Position numbers and translations under genes: made by a program. Positions 39,101 to 48,839 of a stretch of DNA of 48,839 nt are shown piece after piece. This DNA is from Paramecium tetraurelia (lineage: Eukaryota), in the NCBI GenBank assembly GCA_000165425.1, contig CT868658.1:310001-358839 (forward strand), read 5' to 3'. The notes beneath the pieces were generated by a model. That model saw only the letters and a list, made by a program, of their open reading frames with translations, made no database searches and was not told the DNA's origin. Numbering within the stretch: the first letter of the stretch is position 1; each line of letters begins with the position of its first letter.

Positions 39101-42100
39101 ACAACTTGAATCACACACTGTGCATTTTTCCTGTCCTGTATCATAATAACCTTTATCACAATCACATTGATTTCCATTTAAATGTCTAGTTAATGGACAT
39201 GAAGTACAAGTATACTCTTAATTTTAGCAAGCAAAACATTAAATTTTACATTTCTTACAAGTTACTGAATATCCATCATCATAATAACCAATTTTACATT
39301 AGCAACTTCCACTATTATTATTATAAACCCTGAAAGATATGTTTTAATCAGGGCATGTCTTACATTGACTTGATAATTAGCCATCACAAATTAAACAAGA
39401 ATAATGACATGCTTAACAAATTTCTACTTCTGCATCATAAAAATTATCATTGCAAGGACAAGAGTCTAGACTACTGTTGAATGATCTTAATGATATAAAT
39501 GAGCAAGTAACACATTTTGTCGATAATTAAATGCAAGTCGAACATGAATAATGACATTCTAATCCTTAGATATATAATTACTCTGACAATTAATATTCAC
39601 CCCATCATCATAATAGCCTGCTGGACATTAACATAAAGAATTACTAAGTACTCTTAAACTTTAAGGAGGACAAGATAAACATTAGGTTTCCAAAGTAACA
39701 CAAGTGTAGCATCTATAATTACATACTAGTATAAATGTTAGTTAATACAGGAGCATAAAGGTTTCCCTATATCAAAGTAATTGTCCTTGCAATTACATGA
39801 TTAGCCTGACTAAATTCGTTTTTCTGATATCTAACAGGACGAGCATTAATTAGAATTACTTCCTGTGCATTTTAAACAAGAATAATGACAATCTATTATA
39901 AATTTTACTATTAATACTAAGGCATTGTAATTTATTTAAAGGTTAATAAGTAGATAACGATAAGCCTTGAAGTTTAGTTTTGCAGATACAAACACTTCCA
40001 TTTAAATATTTTTCTGGTGGGCATGAGGTACAATTATCTGCAGATATGTTACATTCAAGACAATCTTTATTACACGCTATTAAAACCTTTATTATAATTA
40101 TACTTTTGCATTCAGCCTAACCGATATCGAAATATTTTGAAGCACACAAGCATTCTCCTCCTGTGGTAAGGTATCTTCCAATTAAGGTATTGCAAGATGT
40201 ACATTAATTTGATTTGTTACCATTACATGTCAAGCATGTAGAATGACATACTTTAATTTCAGTTGATATTATTACAAATGCATTTTGGATTACCAGGTTC
40301 ATCGTATGATTTAGGAGGACATTTGCATGAATTGTCGGTTCCAAGATCTCTATATGAAAAATCTGGACATTTGTCACAATGGTCAACAGATCCGCTGCAT
40401 AAAGCACATCGATATGAACATTCTAAAATTCTTTTTCAGTATTTACTTTAACATTTTGTATCTCCAACATTTTGTTCTAAGTAAGCATCCAAACAACCAC
40501 ATTTATTAGCTTTAACAATTCTATTGCTATCATTGAAGCAGGTTATACAATTATCAATGTTAGAACCATAACAGGTCATACATGTATAAAAACATTCTTA
40601 ATAATTACAATCAATATTACTTGAACATTATAATGTACCTACATCATAATAACCATAAGGACAAACACATTTTGATATGATTAACTATCTATAGGTTAAG
40701 TCACAGCTTAAACAATTAGTCTCACTCATTCCATTACAAGTTTTACAAGAAGAATGACATTCTTGACATTCTAATGATTCATCATCACTATAATAATGTG
40801 GATCGTTGCATAAACATTTAAATGTAGATCCTATTCTATCAGGATATCTCGAGGATGGACAACCTGTGCACTTATCTTCTCCATATAAATTGCACGATAG
40901 ACAAGAGTTATGACAAGCCACTAAATATAATTCTTTAGTTTTTACAATAACAAAGAGTATCATTTCTTCCTGTGTCGTAATATCCTGGATTGCATAAGCA
41001 CTTATTTTCTGCAGTCAAATGTCGTTGTTTTTAACTCGAACATACTGTACAATTAGTTGCCAACAGTCCGTTGCAGCTTTGACAAGTATAATGACATTCT
41101 AGAATATAAAGTAAAAGAATACTAAAACAAATATCTACAATGCCATCTTCTCCATATCCTTTCTTACAAACACATTTTAAATCGCTAGAGACAGTTCTGT
41201 TTTATACTACTATGCACATTGAACAATATTGATTTGATGAATTATCATTTGGAAATTAACATTTTTGGCATCTTGGATGGCAGTCTTAATTTCATTTATT
41301 TTTACCTTTGCATAAAGTTGAACCATCATTTTAAACGACATCTATTGTTCTTGGAGCACATATGCATTTTCCGTCAACTAGTTCTTTATGATAAATGTTT
41401 GGATCTCCACAATCAGTACAATTATTCTCCAAAGGTCCTGAGCAGTTGTAACAAGAATAATAACATTCTAAATTAAAACTTAAGTAAATTACTTTAACAA
41501 ATTTTATCTTCTAATCCAGTATCATAATATCCTTGCATGCATGGACATTTATCACCAATTAGACTTCTATTTTGTAATGGATCACATGATGTACATTCTC
41601 CAAATATTAAAGTACATGTCAAACAATATCCAGTTGTGCATAAGATACATTCACCATCTAACTCTGCATATCCTTTCATTTAATCACACACACATTGTCC
41701 TGGGACAATTCTAGAACTCCGCTTTTAAGAAGTGAAGCAGGTTGTACAATAATCAGGCTAAGTAACATAACAAGATTGACAAATCGGGTTGCATTCTTCA
41801 ATAATAAGAGCACATTTTTTATCTGGAGTCAAATAGTGTGTTGCAAAGCAGCTTTTACATTCATTTTCTTTATCGCAAAGAAAACAATTTTCTGTTCCTG
41901 GCGTTTACTGACAAGCTAATATGATTAATGATATTATAACAGACACAATGAGTCCCTTTTTTAAAAAATCCAATATCACATTATTGACAATCTGTGTCAA
42001 CTGCTATTCCATTCGAATCATAAATAAAATCGTATTTCATGCACATCTTATCGCCCAAACATTAAGAATCTTTTAATTCATAAGGCCATGTGCAAACTTA

Positions 42101-42913
42101 GCAGTCTCCTTCAAAACACGTCTTACAATTAGTTGGACAAGCTAACTATAAAATGATAAAGGTTACCAACACATTGTCCACTCGATAATTCATAACCGTC
42201 TTTACATTCACTAAATGAATATACACCTCCCACTTTTTAACAAGTTTTATGAGTTGCTTAACATTCTTTGAATAATAATAATATCTACTTAATGTGCATA
42301 GTTAATCATTACTATTCAATTGAGAGTAACCATCTTCGCAAGTAGCACAAAATGAAACAGTTGGATCACATGTTTTACAATTTGAGCCACATTCTTTAGA
42401 ATTAATTAAATTTATACATAGAGCTGCAAAAGATTATGAACAATTTTCCCCATATCCTGCCTTACTGCAATATTAACATTTATAGACTCCATTATATTTT
42501 TATCCTATTAAGCACCCATTATTAGAAAATTATGGTATAGATTCAGTTGTAAAAATAACGTTTCCATTTTGGTCATATGAATAAACCAAAGTATAGGGGT
42601 ATTTTCCAAAATAGAGATGAGAATTAGGGTTTGGCCCAAATTCATAACCTTAGACCTAGGGATGACACATAGTTTCAAGGCCATTAGGAGGAAACCTTAT
42701 AGTTAATCCAGTTGCTCCGATGCATTATTTTGCAATACCTAACATAAGATATATAAACTAACTTGCACAGAGATGAGGGTAGATACCTGGAAAGTATTAT
42801 GAAGAACCAAAGCATTTCTTATCAAATATGGCTGATTTAAATTGGGCTTAAAAGGATCTAAAGCCTAGACATACTTGGATTAACCACATAATGAGAAGGT
42901 ACATGAATGTCAT
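33113..42913 (-). CDS. Giant surface receptor: signal peptide, furin/EGF-like Cys-rich repeats, REJ module, GPS-like motif, multiple TM helices (polycystin-1-like)
   Basis: MTFMYLLIMWLIQVCLG signal; dozens of C..sC.tC...C.tC...R...C.C..GYYD repeats at ~37130-42500; REJ-like segment at ~35150-36900 (LNQPPIC, PFTYQLRY, VQIMDSRGS); CQCSQLG at ~34018-34038; TM helices at ~33130-33900; many tiny introns; TGA at 33113. Confidence 0.88.
37130..42500 (-). repeat. Tandem array of ~45-50-aa Cys-rich (furin-like/growth-factor-receptor) protein repeats
   Basis: Recurrent motifs such as CHNSCLSCNLYGEDKCTGC...CLC...YY and CHSSCKTCNGMSETNCLSC; introns often at equivalent repeat positions. Confidence 0.88.
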
Positions 42914-43229
42914 CTGATAAATCTATTTTTATGTTTTTATTATTGATTTTCTAGGGCATTAAATCACAATTTATAATGAAATTATTTAAAACATAGAGAA
43001 ATAAAGATATTTTTACATAATTACCTATTTTATTATGATCCAAATTTTGAAATTTGGACATAATTTTACGATCCCCATTAAAACTTAATTCTATAAATTT
43101 GCTTACACTACTAGCTAAACAGCATATTAATTTCAGCTTCATGCAGTATTTTTTTAGTAAAATACAAAATTTTAGAAAATTAAAAATTCACTGTTTTTAT
43201 TACCCTCAATTTTTCGTATTTTTCATTCC

Positions 43230-44560
43230 TATTCAATCTGGTTGGTAAAGATGCTCAGAATCAGCGGTTTCTATAATATAATTGTATTACCCTATTGATC
43301 CAAGTCTAATTTAATAAATTGATAATCCATTGATAAAAGAAACTTTTCTAAGAATTGCAACAAAGTTCGATCATATTAATTTTGCTAGGCTTTCCAATGA
43401 TTGTTTTGCCGATTTTAAAACTCTTGGACTTTTCCATTGATCATTGAAAAAGAATTTGGAGTTTAAAACAAAATTAAATTAACAGCTTTCTAAGTATTTT
43501 AGCAAAAGAACAAAATAATAATTTCCAGAATAGGAAATGGAGGTTCAACTAAAGAAAGAATTAGAAAATTAAATACTTCTGATAATAAAAAAAGTCCAAC
43601 TATTTTTATACTAATTTTAAGGAATAACTTTATAATTCCAACTCGAATTTAAATTTACTTTATTTTTTTATTTCGAAATTTGAGAAAATACTGTCAATTT
43701 AATTAAACTATATAAATAAATTTTCAAAAGTTAGCATTTTTCAAATTGTAATGATGTAAGCATTTCTTATTTCGTGTTCTTGTACACAATTATACAGATT
43801 TGACAATAATATAACTTAATCGTTAATCTCAACACAATAATTTATTTTTGACTAATTTTAATAAAACCTGGGTTTCATAGAAAGGAATACCAAATTTTTG
43901 TCAACATTTAATATTCTGGAAATATAAATGATTCGAATGACTTTCTTAAACAGACTTTTAAAGTGCAAGTCTAAAATAAAGATTGTAGATATTAATATAA
44001 AATAGATTCCTTAAGAATTCAAATTATGGTGACTTCAAAACTGATACAGAAACAGGTCATTAAAAATGGTGAATCATGATTAATAATCCATTATACCATA
44101 TTTTTAAAGAAACAATAAAAAAAGTGAAAGAAATGCAACTAAAAAGTAAAATTAGTAATTTTTTAATTTAGTATCTTTAAAAATTTCGAAAATGCTATTA
44201 GTAAAAGAGGTTACTTAAGATGATCCTTTGCAGCTGCTGATGGAGGAGTTTTTAGTTTGGTTTCAAAGAAGATTAAGTAGAATTAGGAAACTGCAGAAAT
44301 GCTGCTTCCCAAAATCAAATACATAAATCTTAAATCTCCTGTTTCTAATAAATCTTAAGGAGATTTATCATAGCAAAGAATATGGATGTGATAATAAATC
44401 CAAATATTCCACTAAATGTGATTATGAAATTCTACGTAGTAATTAATTTCGTTCTCCGATTGATTGGAGAGCCTACAGTCATTTTAGAAGTTGAGAATTC
44501 AGAAATTAAGGGACTGCTTATTCACTCAATACCTAACCTCTATACACATAAATGAAATTA
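43230..44560 (+). pseudogene. Possible decayed gene relic of unknown family
   Basis: Short coding-like stretches (NPLIKETFLRIATKFDHINFARLSNDCFADFKTLGL; KPGFHRKEYQIFVNI) are repeatedly broken by TGA and frame changes; no coherent gene model. Confidence 0.35.
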
Positions 44561-44599
44561 AATTAATTCTACATTATTACTATTATCTAACTAAATCCC

Positions 44600-45528
44600 T
44601 TGACTAGACGCCTAGTAAAGTCAAAATAGAGACTATTTTTAATAAAATGTTACTTCGCTTGTGAATAATTAAGTAGCTTGAGGAAAATGTAATAATGGAT
44701 GCATAAATAAATTCAAAGTAGCAGAAAGAGTGACTATTGAAGGCTCTTCCCATAGATGCTACTCAGCTATATTAAACTATACAGTTTTAACTTTCAGTGC
44801 TATAGGATTATAAGTAGCTTAAACTGCTGTATTGCATAATTCCGCCATATTGAATAAAAACACTATAACTTATTTCTTTTAATATAGTCTATATCCCAAT
44901 TATAATCTTGATGTAACCTCATAAGGGTTTTTTATTTGATCTAATTGATTAAAGTTCTATTCAGAACTTCAATCCTTCATAAGTTTTTATAATTAATCCT
45001 ATTTAACTAATTGTTGTTTAATTAATTATACATCTAAATGCATAATTTTATTCATCAATTATATATTTTAGAATTATCAATTTCATTGATGATATTTTAT
45101 TTCAAAGTGTTAAAGATTTCTATTTCACTTTCTTAAAAGGAGCCATCTTCATCACATAAATAAAAAAGACTAATAATTCTTCAATTTTTCAATATGGTAT
45201 CATCTTTGAACGCTGCTAAACCTATTATAAATTCTTTATAATTGACAGTGGCATTTAAATCCTCAATAAATGTGTAAAAAAATCTCATTTGCAAGACTTT
45301 CGTCAGCACTAAACCAATGAAATAAACCCATTCTTCAAATGCCATTTTTTTTAATCTACCAGGGAAATCGTGTACAGGATTCCATTCCATTTCGTTTTAA
45401 ATTTAGATTTGAAAGAGTCTTTTTTGAAAGATTATAATTTAAGTCCGGAATCCTTTCTTCAACATTAACATTATATTAATTGAGCCACTAGCTGCAGGCA
45501 AGGCATACTAATTAATTTTACTTTGCAT
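44600..45528 (-). pseudogene. Frameshifted EF-hand (calcineurin-B/NCS-like) gene relic
   Basis: EF-hand-like FYTFIEDLNATVNYKEFIIGLAAF followed by TGA at 45180; flanking blocks (ADESLANEIF, CDEDGSF) are in other frames; several downstream TGAs. Confidence 0.55.
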
Positions 45529-45688
45529 AGGATATTTAATTTGTTGCTTAGCTTTCTATCATAAACAAATCAATTGATCTATTCTATTCTTAAGTTTTAA
45601 GGTGCATTACATTTATTTTAAACTCTAAATTAATAAAAATTTATTAAATAGATATTGATCAGGAAATTTTTTGATTACACTATCAAGA

Positions 45689-46660
45689 TCTTCATCTTCA
45701 ATAGGTTTGGATTTGATAGTTTTACTGACTGTGAACGATCTAATAGGTTATCTAGTTATGATTCCAGTTTGAGACAGATTAGATGAGAATTTTGTTAGGA
45801 AAGAGTTTATGAATGTATATGATGGATAGAAAGGTCAAATAGATGAATAAGTTTCATTGTATCATCAATGTACACGAAGGCTTAATGTCAGCAGTTATCT
45901 AAGTCAATGGGTTCAAACCGAATGATTTCCAAATTCCCAAATTGCATTATCTTACACGATGATTATGCTGCTTGGGTGCGATGTTTATTAGAATTATCTA
46001 AGTGAGGTGACTTAGGGTATGGGGGTCAATCCCAGTGTGTCTTCTCCTCGTTTATGTTGGCTTTGTTCTCTCTTGGTTAAGTTGGATTGTAATGCGATNN
46101 NNNNNNNNNNNNNNNNNNNNNNNNNNNNNNNNNNNNNNNNNNNNNNNNNNNNNNNNNNNNNNNNNNNNNNNNNNNNNNNNNNNNNNNNNNNNNNNNNNNN
46201 NNNNNNNNNNNNNNNNNNNNNNNNNNNNNNNNNNNNNNNNNNNNNNNNTCTTATCTTAATAGGTTTGGATTTAATAGTTTTACTGACTGTAAACGATCTA
46301 ATTTGTTATCTAGTTATAATTCCAGTTTGAAACAGATTAGATGAAAATTTTGTTAGGAAAGAGTTTATAAATTTATATAATAAATAGAAAAATCAAATAG
46401 ATGAATAAATTTCATTGTATCATCAATGTACACAAAGGCTTAATGTCAGCAGTTATCTAAATCAATGGGTTCAAACCGAATGATTTCCAAATTCCCAAAT
46501 TGCATTATCTTACACAATGATTATACTGCTTGGGTGCAATGTTTATTAGAATTATCTAAATGAGGTGACTTAAGGATATAAAAATCAATCCTAGTGAGTC
46601 ATCTACATCGATAATATTGGCTTTAATCTATCTAGATTAAAGTTGAATTGTAAATGCAAT
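45689..46660. repeat. Direct ~410-bp duplication (45689-46098 and 46249-46660) flanking an assembly gap
   Basis: Both copies run from TC..ATCTT.AATAGGTTTGGATTT to GTTG.ATTGTAA.TGC.AT; mismatches are mostly G in copy 1 versus A in copy 2. Confidence 0.95.
46099..46248. other. Assembly gap (150 N)
   Basis: Run of N characters. Confidence 1.
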
Positions 46661-47420
46661 TCAAACACGTAATAGGTGCTTATTATTACCAATATCAAAA
46701 TGAATGCTGTAAATTAATGATATTCTATTTACCATTAAAAAACAAGCATCATTTATAAGTACCTATGAATATATATATCTATTATGATTACTAATATTAA
46801 TAGTATCTCTGTTTAGATTACTATATTCTCTTTGAGACTTAATTAATTTTCATAATTCCCTTTTTATTCTAGATCTATTATCATCTAAATGTCAAAAGTT
46901 CATACATACACTAAAATCATAATTGAGAGAAACACCTACGATACAGAAAACATTAAATAATGTTTTGCATTCTTAAGTTTGTAATCAATTATTTACAATT
47001 ATCTTTTATATTAATAATGTAATCATTTTATTAAGTATTAATTGTGATAAAAAATAGATGATTATGATATTTGATAAAAAATTAAAATTCAAGAGATTCA
47101 ATCGAGGGACTACAATTATTTTGTGTCTCGTATTATATCAATGAAAATATTGTTGTTCCTCATAAACTAGAGGATTTTCTCTTTTCTAAAGATACTGAAT
47201 AATCCAACGGTTAATACAAACTTTAATTAATTTTAATTATGAGCTTATAAAGCAAATTAATTTAACATAAATGAAGTGAAAATATACAAGCACCCAATTA
47301 AATACTTCAATATTTTAACTATATTGAAAATTGTCTATCAGATTGCGCTTTATGTAAATTAGAAATAAATAAAGTTTAAATAATTCTTAATATTAATAAT
47401 TATATAAGTTTAAATTCTTG

Positions 47421-48254
47421 TCATGCGTTTTGATTATATTTGGGGAACTAGGGTTTACATTAAAGATATACTTAATAACTTGATAAACAATATTAACTGG
47501 ATGTGTATGTTTAAGTTTGACCCAACCATTGTACTTTGGATCTCTCATTTTGACTTATATTTCCCATTTACAATTAGAATTGATTTAATTTCAAAAGGAA
47601 TATCTCTAACTTAACTTGTTTGATTTCCAATACATATTCTCCAAACCTCTCCTTAAAAATTACAACCACTATAAAATTCTACACAAGGCTTTAAAATTTC
47701 TATCGTGAATCTCTTAGCCCCCCAAGACTCTAATTTAAGAAATTATAATACCATTATCTATGTTCTCGTCAAAGGTACCTTTTAAAGTTAATTTCAATGA
47801 GTTTCTTCCTTCTGGTAAAGTAAATACATAAGATTTTGAATCGTACAATTCTGGATAAGTGGAGTTGAAACACATATAACTTCCTTCATAAGGAGTGTAT
47901 GTAAAAGTATCTAAATATACCACTATCATCTAATATGACTTGTAAATGATCTTCCCCTGGATCCCAACTATCGAGTTTTACAACTGTAAATTTAAAACGG
48001 AAACTTGAGCCCTAATATATTATTGATTTATAATGATATTTGATCCCCACGAGGAAAATCGACCTTTAAATAAAGTACCTGCGCAATTATCTACCCTATT
48101 TGACCAATCATTATTATAACAATCACCACTTTGATCATCCATACAGGTTTTGATAAAAAGAGACTTGGATAGAGAAACAGAATTTTTATGAATGAAACTC
48201 CAAGCATTGATTTCCAATAACCAAAATTTGAATTTATTATTAATTATTAAACAT
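47421..48254 (-). pseudogene. Frameshifted gene of a Paramecium secreted-protein family (DSWD/ESWG motifs, beta-gamma-crystallin-like C-terminus)
   Basis: KLDSWDPGED is out of frame with the flanking DNCAGTLFKGRF and EGSYMCFNSTYPE blocks; ESWG follows a 22-nt intron; CVEFYSGCNFQGEVWRIC...IPFEIKSI; further shifts before FPKYNQNA-TGA at 47421. Confidence 0.7.
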
Positions 48255-48564
48255 AATATAATTTCTTTTTTATATCCTATTCATCAATATATCATATCTT
48301 ATTATATAAATTGAAGTGAGGTTTATAAATATTTTAATAATTAAATTTAAATAATTTAATGAACAAGCGATCTCTGTTATAAACTGATTTTGAATTGTCT
48401 CGAAGGGAATGACAAGATTTTTGAGTTTATAGAGGGTTAGCGGAAAAATATTGAAAAAATGTTTGGTGTTGGGCTGAAGAAAAAAAATAATAATAATAAT
48501 GATGTATGAATAATCTATCATTGTCGACGTCGACGGCCCCGTTTGATTTGTAAGAGGTCGACCC

Positions 48565-48838
48565 TCATTAAACAGGAGTGTTTAAATATTTGTTGTTTTT
48601 CAAACGTTCTTATGCAGAACGGGCAGATCATGAGTTGGTCTATTTTTAGTTTGGTCAGCCCCTAGCATCTTAAGATCTTGTTCAGTCTACTCGCTACTTT
48701 CTTTAGAGTTCTTCTTTTGATTCTCCCTGTAGCATCTTATAATACTTCAATCTTTATCCTTGGCTCATTCACATCGATTTCAATCAGTTTATATTCTGTT
48801 CCATTTCTTAAGTCAGCATACAACACCACTCCAGATTT
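48565..48838 (-). CDS. 3' end of an intronless, GC-richer basic ORF ending in a degenerate zinc-finger motif; possibly retroelement-derived
   Basis: KSGVVLYADLRNGTEYKLIEIDVNEPRIKIEVLQDATGRIKRRTLKKVASRLNKILRCQGLTKLKIDQLMICPFCIRTFENNKYLNTPVQ-TGA; runs off window end. Confidence 0.55.
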
Positions 48839-48839
48839 T

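Noticed and set aside
44215..44260. DDPF-AAADGG resemblance to the eIF1/SUI1 N-terminus
   Set aside because: Requires a frameshift and no downstream SUI1 motifs follow.
46019..46330. Track ORFs containing X runs
   Set aside because: They span the N gap and are artefacts.
48430..48475. Telomere-like fragments (AGGGTTAG, TTTGGTGTTGGG)
   Set aside because: Not a tandem array of Paramecium TT(T/G)GGG repeats.
1833..48521. Most ORFs of the supplied track (e.g. 13287-13517, 13441-13647, 28578-28817, 31011-31340, 31702-31938, 33754-33975)
   Set aside because: They are antisense or off-frame shadows of real code-6 genes; the Phe/Leu-rich ones mirror Lys/Glu/Gln-rich coding strands.
1..48839. CRISPR arrays, rRNA/tRNA genes, retained IESs, selenocysteine TGA read-through
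   Set aside because: No repeat-spacer array or structural RNA signature was seen. Frame breaks I examined in intact genes are explained by GT..AG introns rather than TA-bounded inserts, and in-frame TGAs occur in introns or alongside frameshifts.

Overview
AT-rich, gene-dense eukaryotic DNA in the ciliate genetic code (TAA/TAG = Gln, TGA the only stop), with tiny GT..AG introns of about 20-30 nt and very short intergenic spacers. This is typical of a Paramecium macronuclear scaffold; the genus is inferred and the species is not determined. The supplied standard-code ORF track therefore shows only fragments or antisense noise, so all calls come from manual translation in code 6. About 21 apparently intact genes fill 1-42.9 kb. 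They encode a protein kinase, a Gfo/Idh/MocA oxidoreductase, a CFAP97-like protein, kinesin-8, an IQ+MORN protein, a LITAF protein, a large multi-TM protein, a 2xHMG-box + chromodomain + basic-tail protein, a degenerate PAS/histidine-kinase/receiver protein, a Qc-SNARE, striatin, a Cache-domain TM protein, a CRAL-TRIO protein, two tandem Cys-rich scramblase-like paralogs, several hypotheticals, and a 9.8-kb Cys-repeat/REJ/GPS/multi-TM polycystin-1-like receptor. From about 43.2 to 48.3 kb there is a run of frameshifted gene relics and a probable false duplication around a 150-N gap. The window ends in a GC-richer ORF with a palindromic 3' region that may be a retroelement end. Family calls rest on motif recognition; no database search was run.
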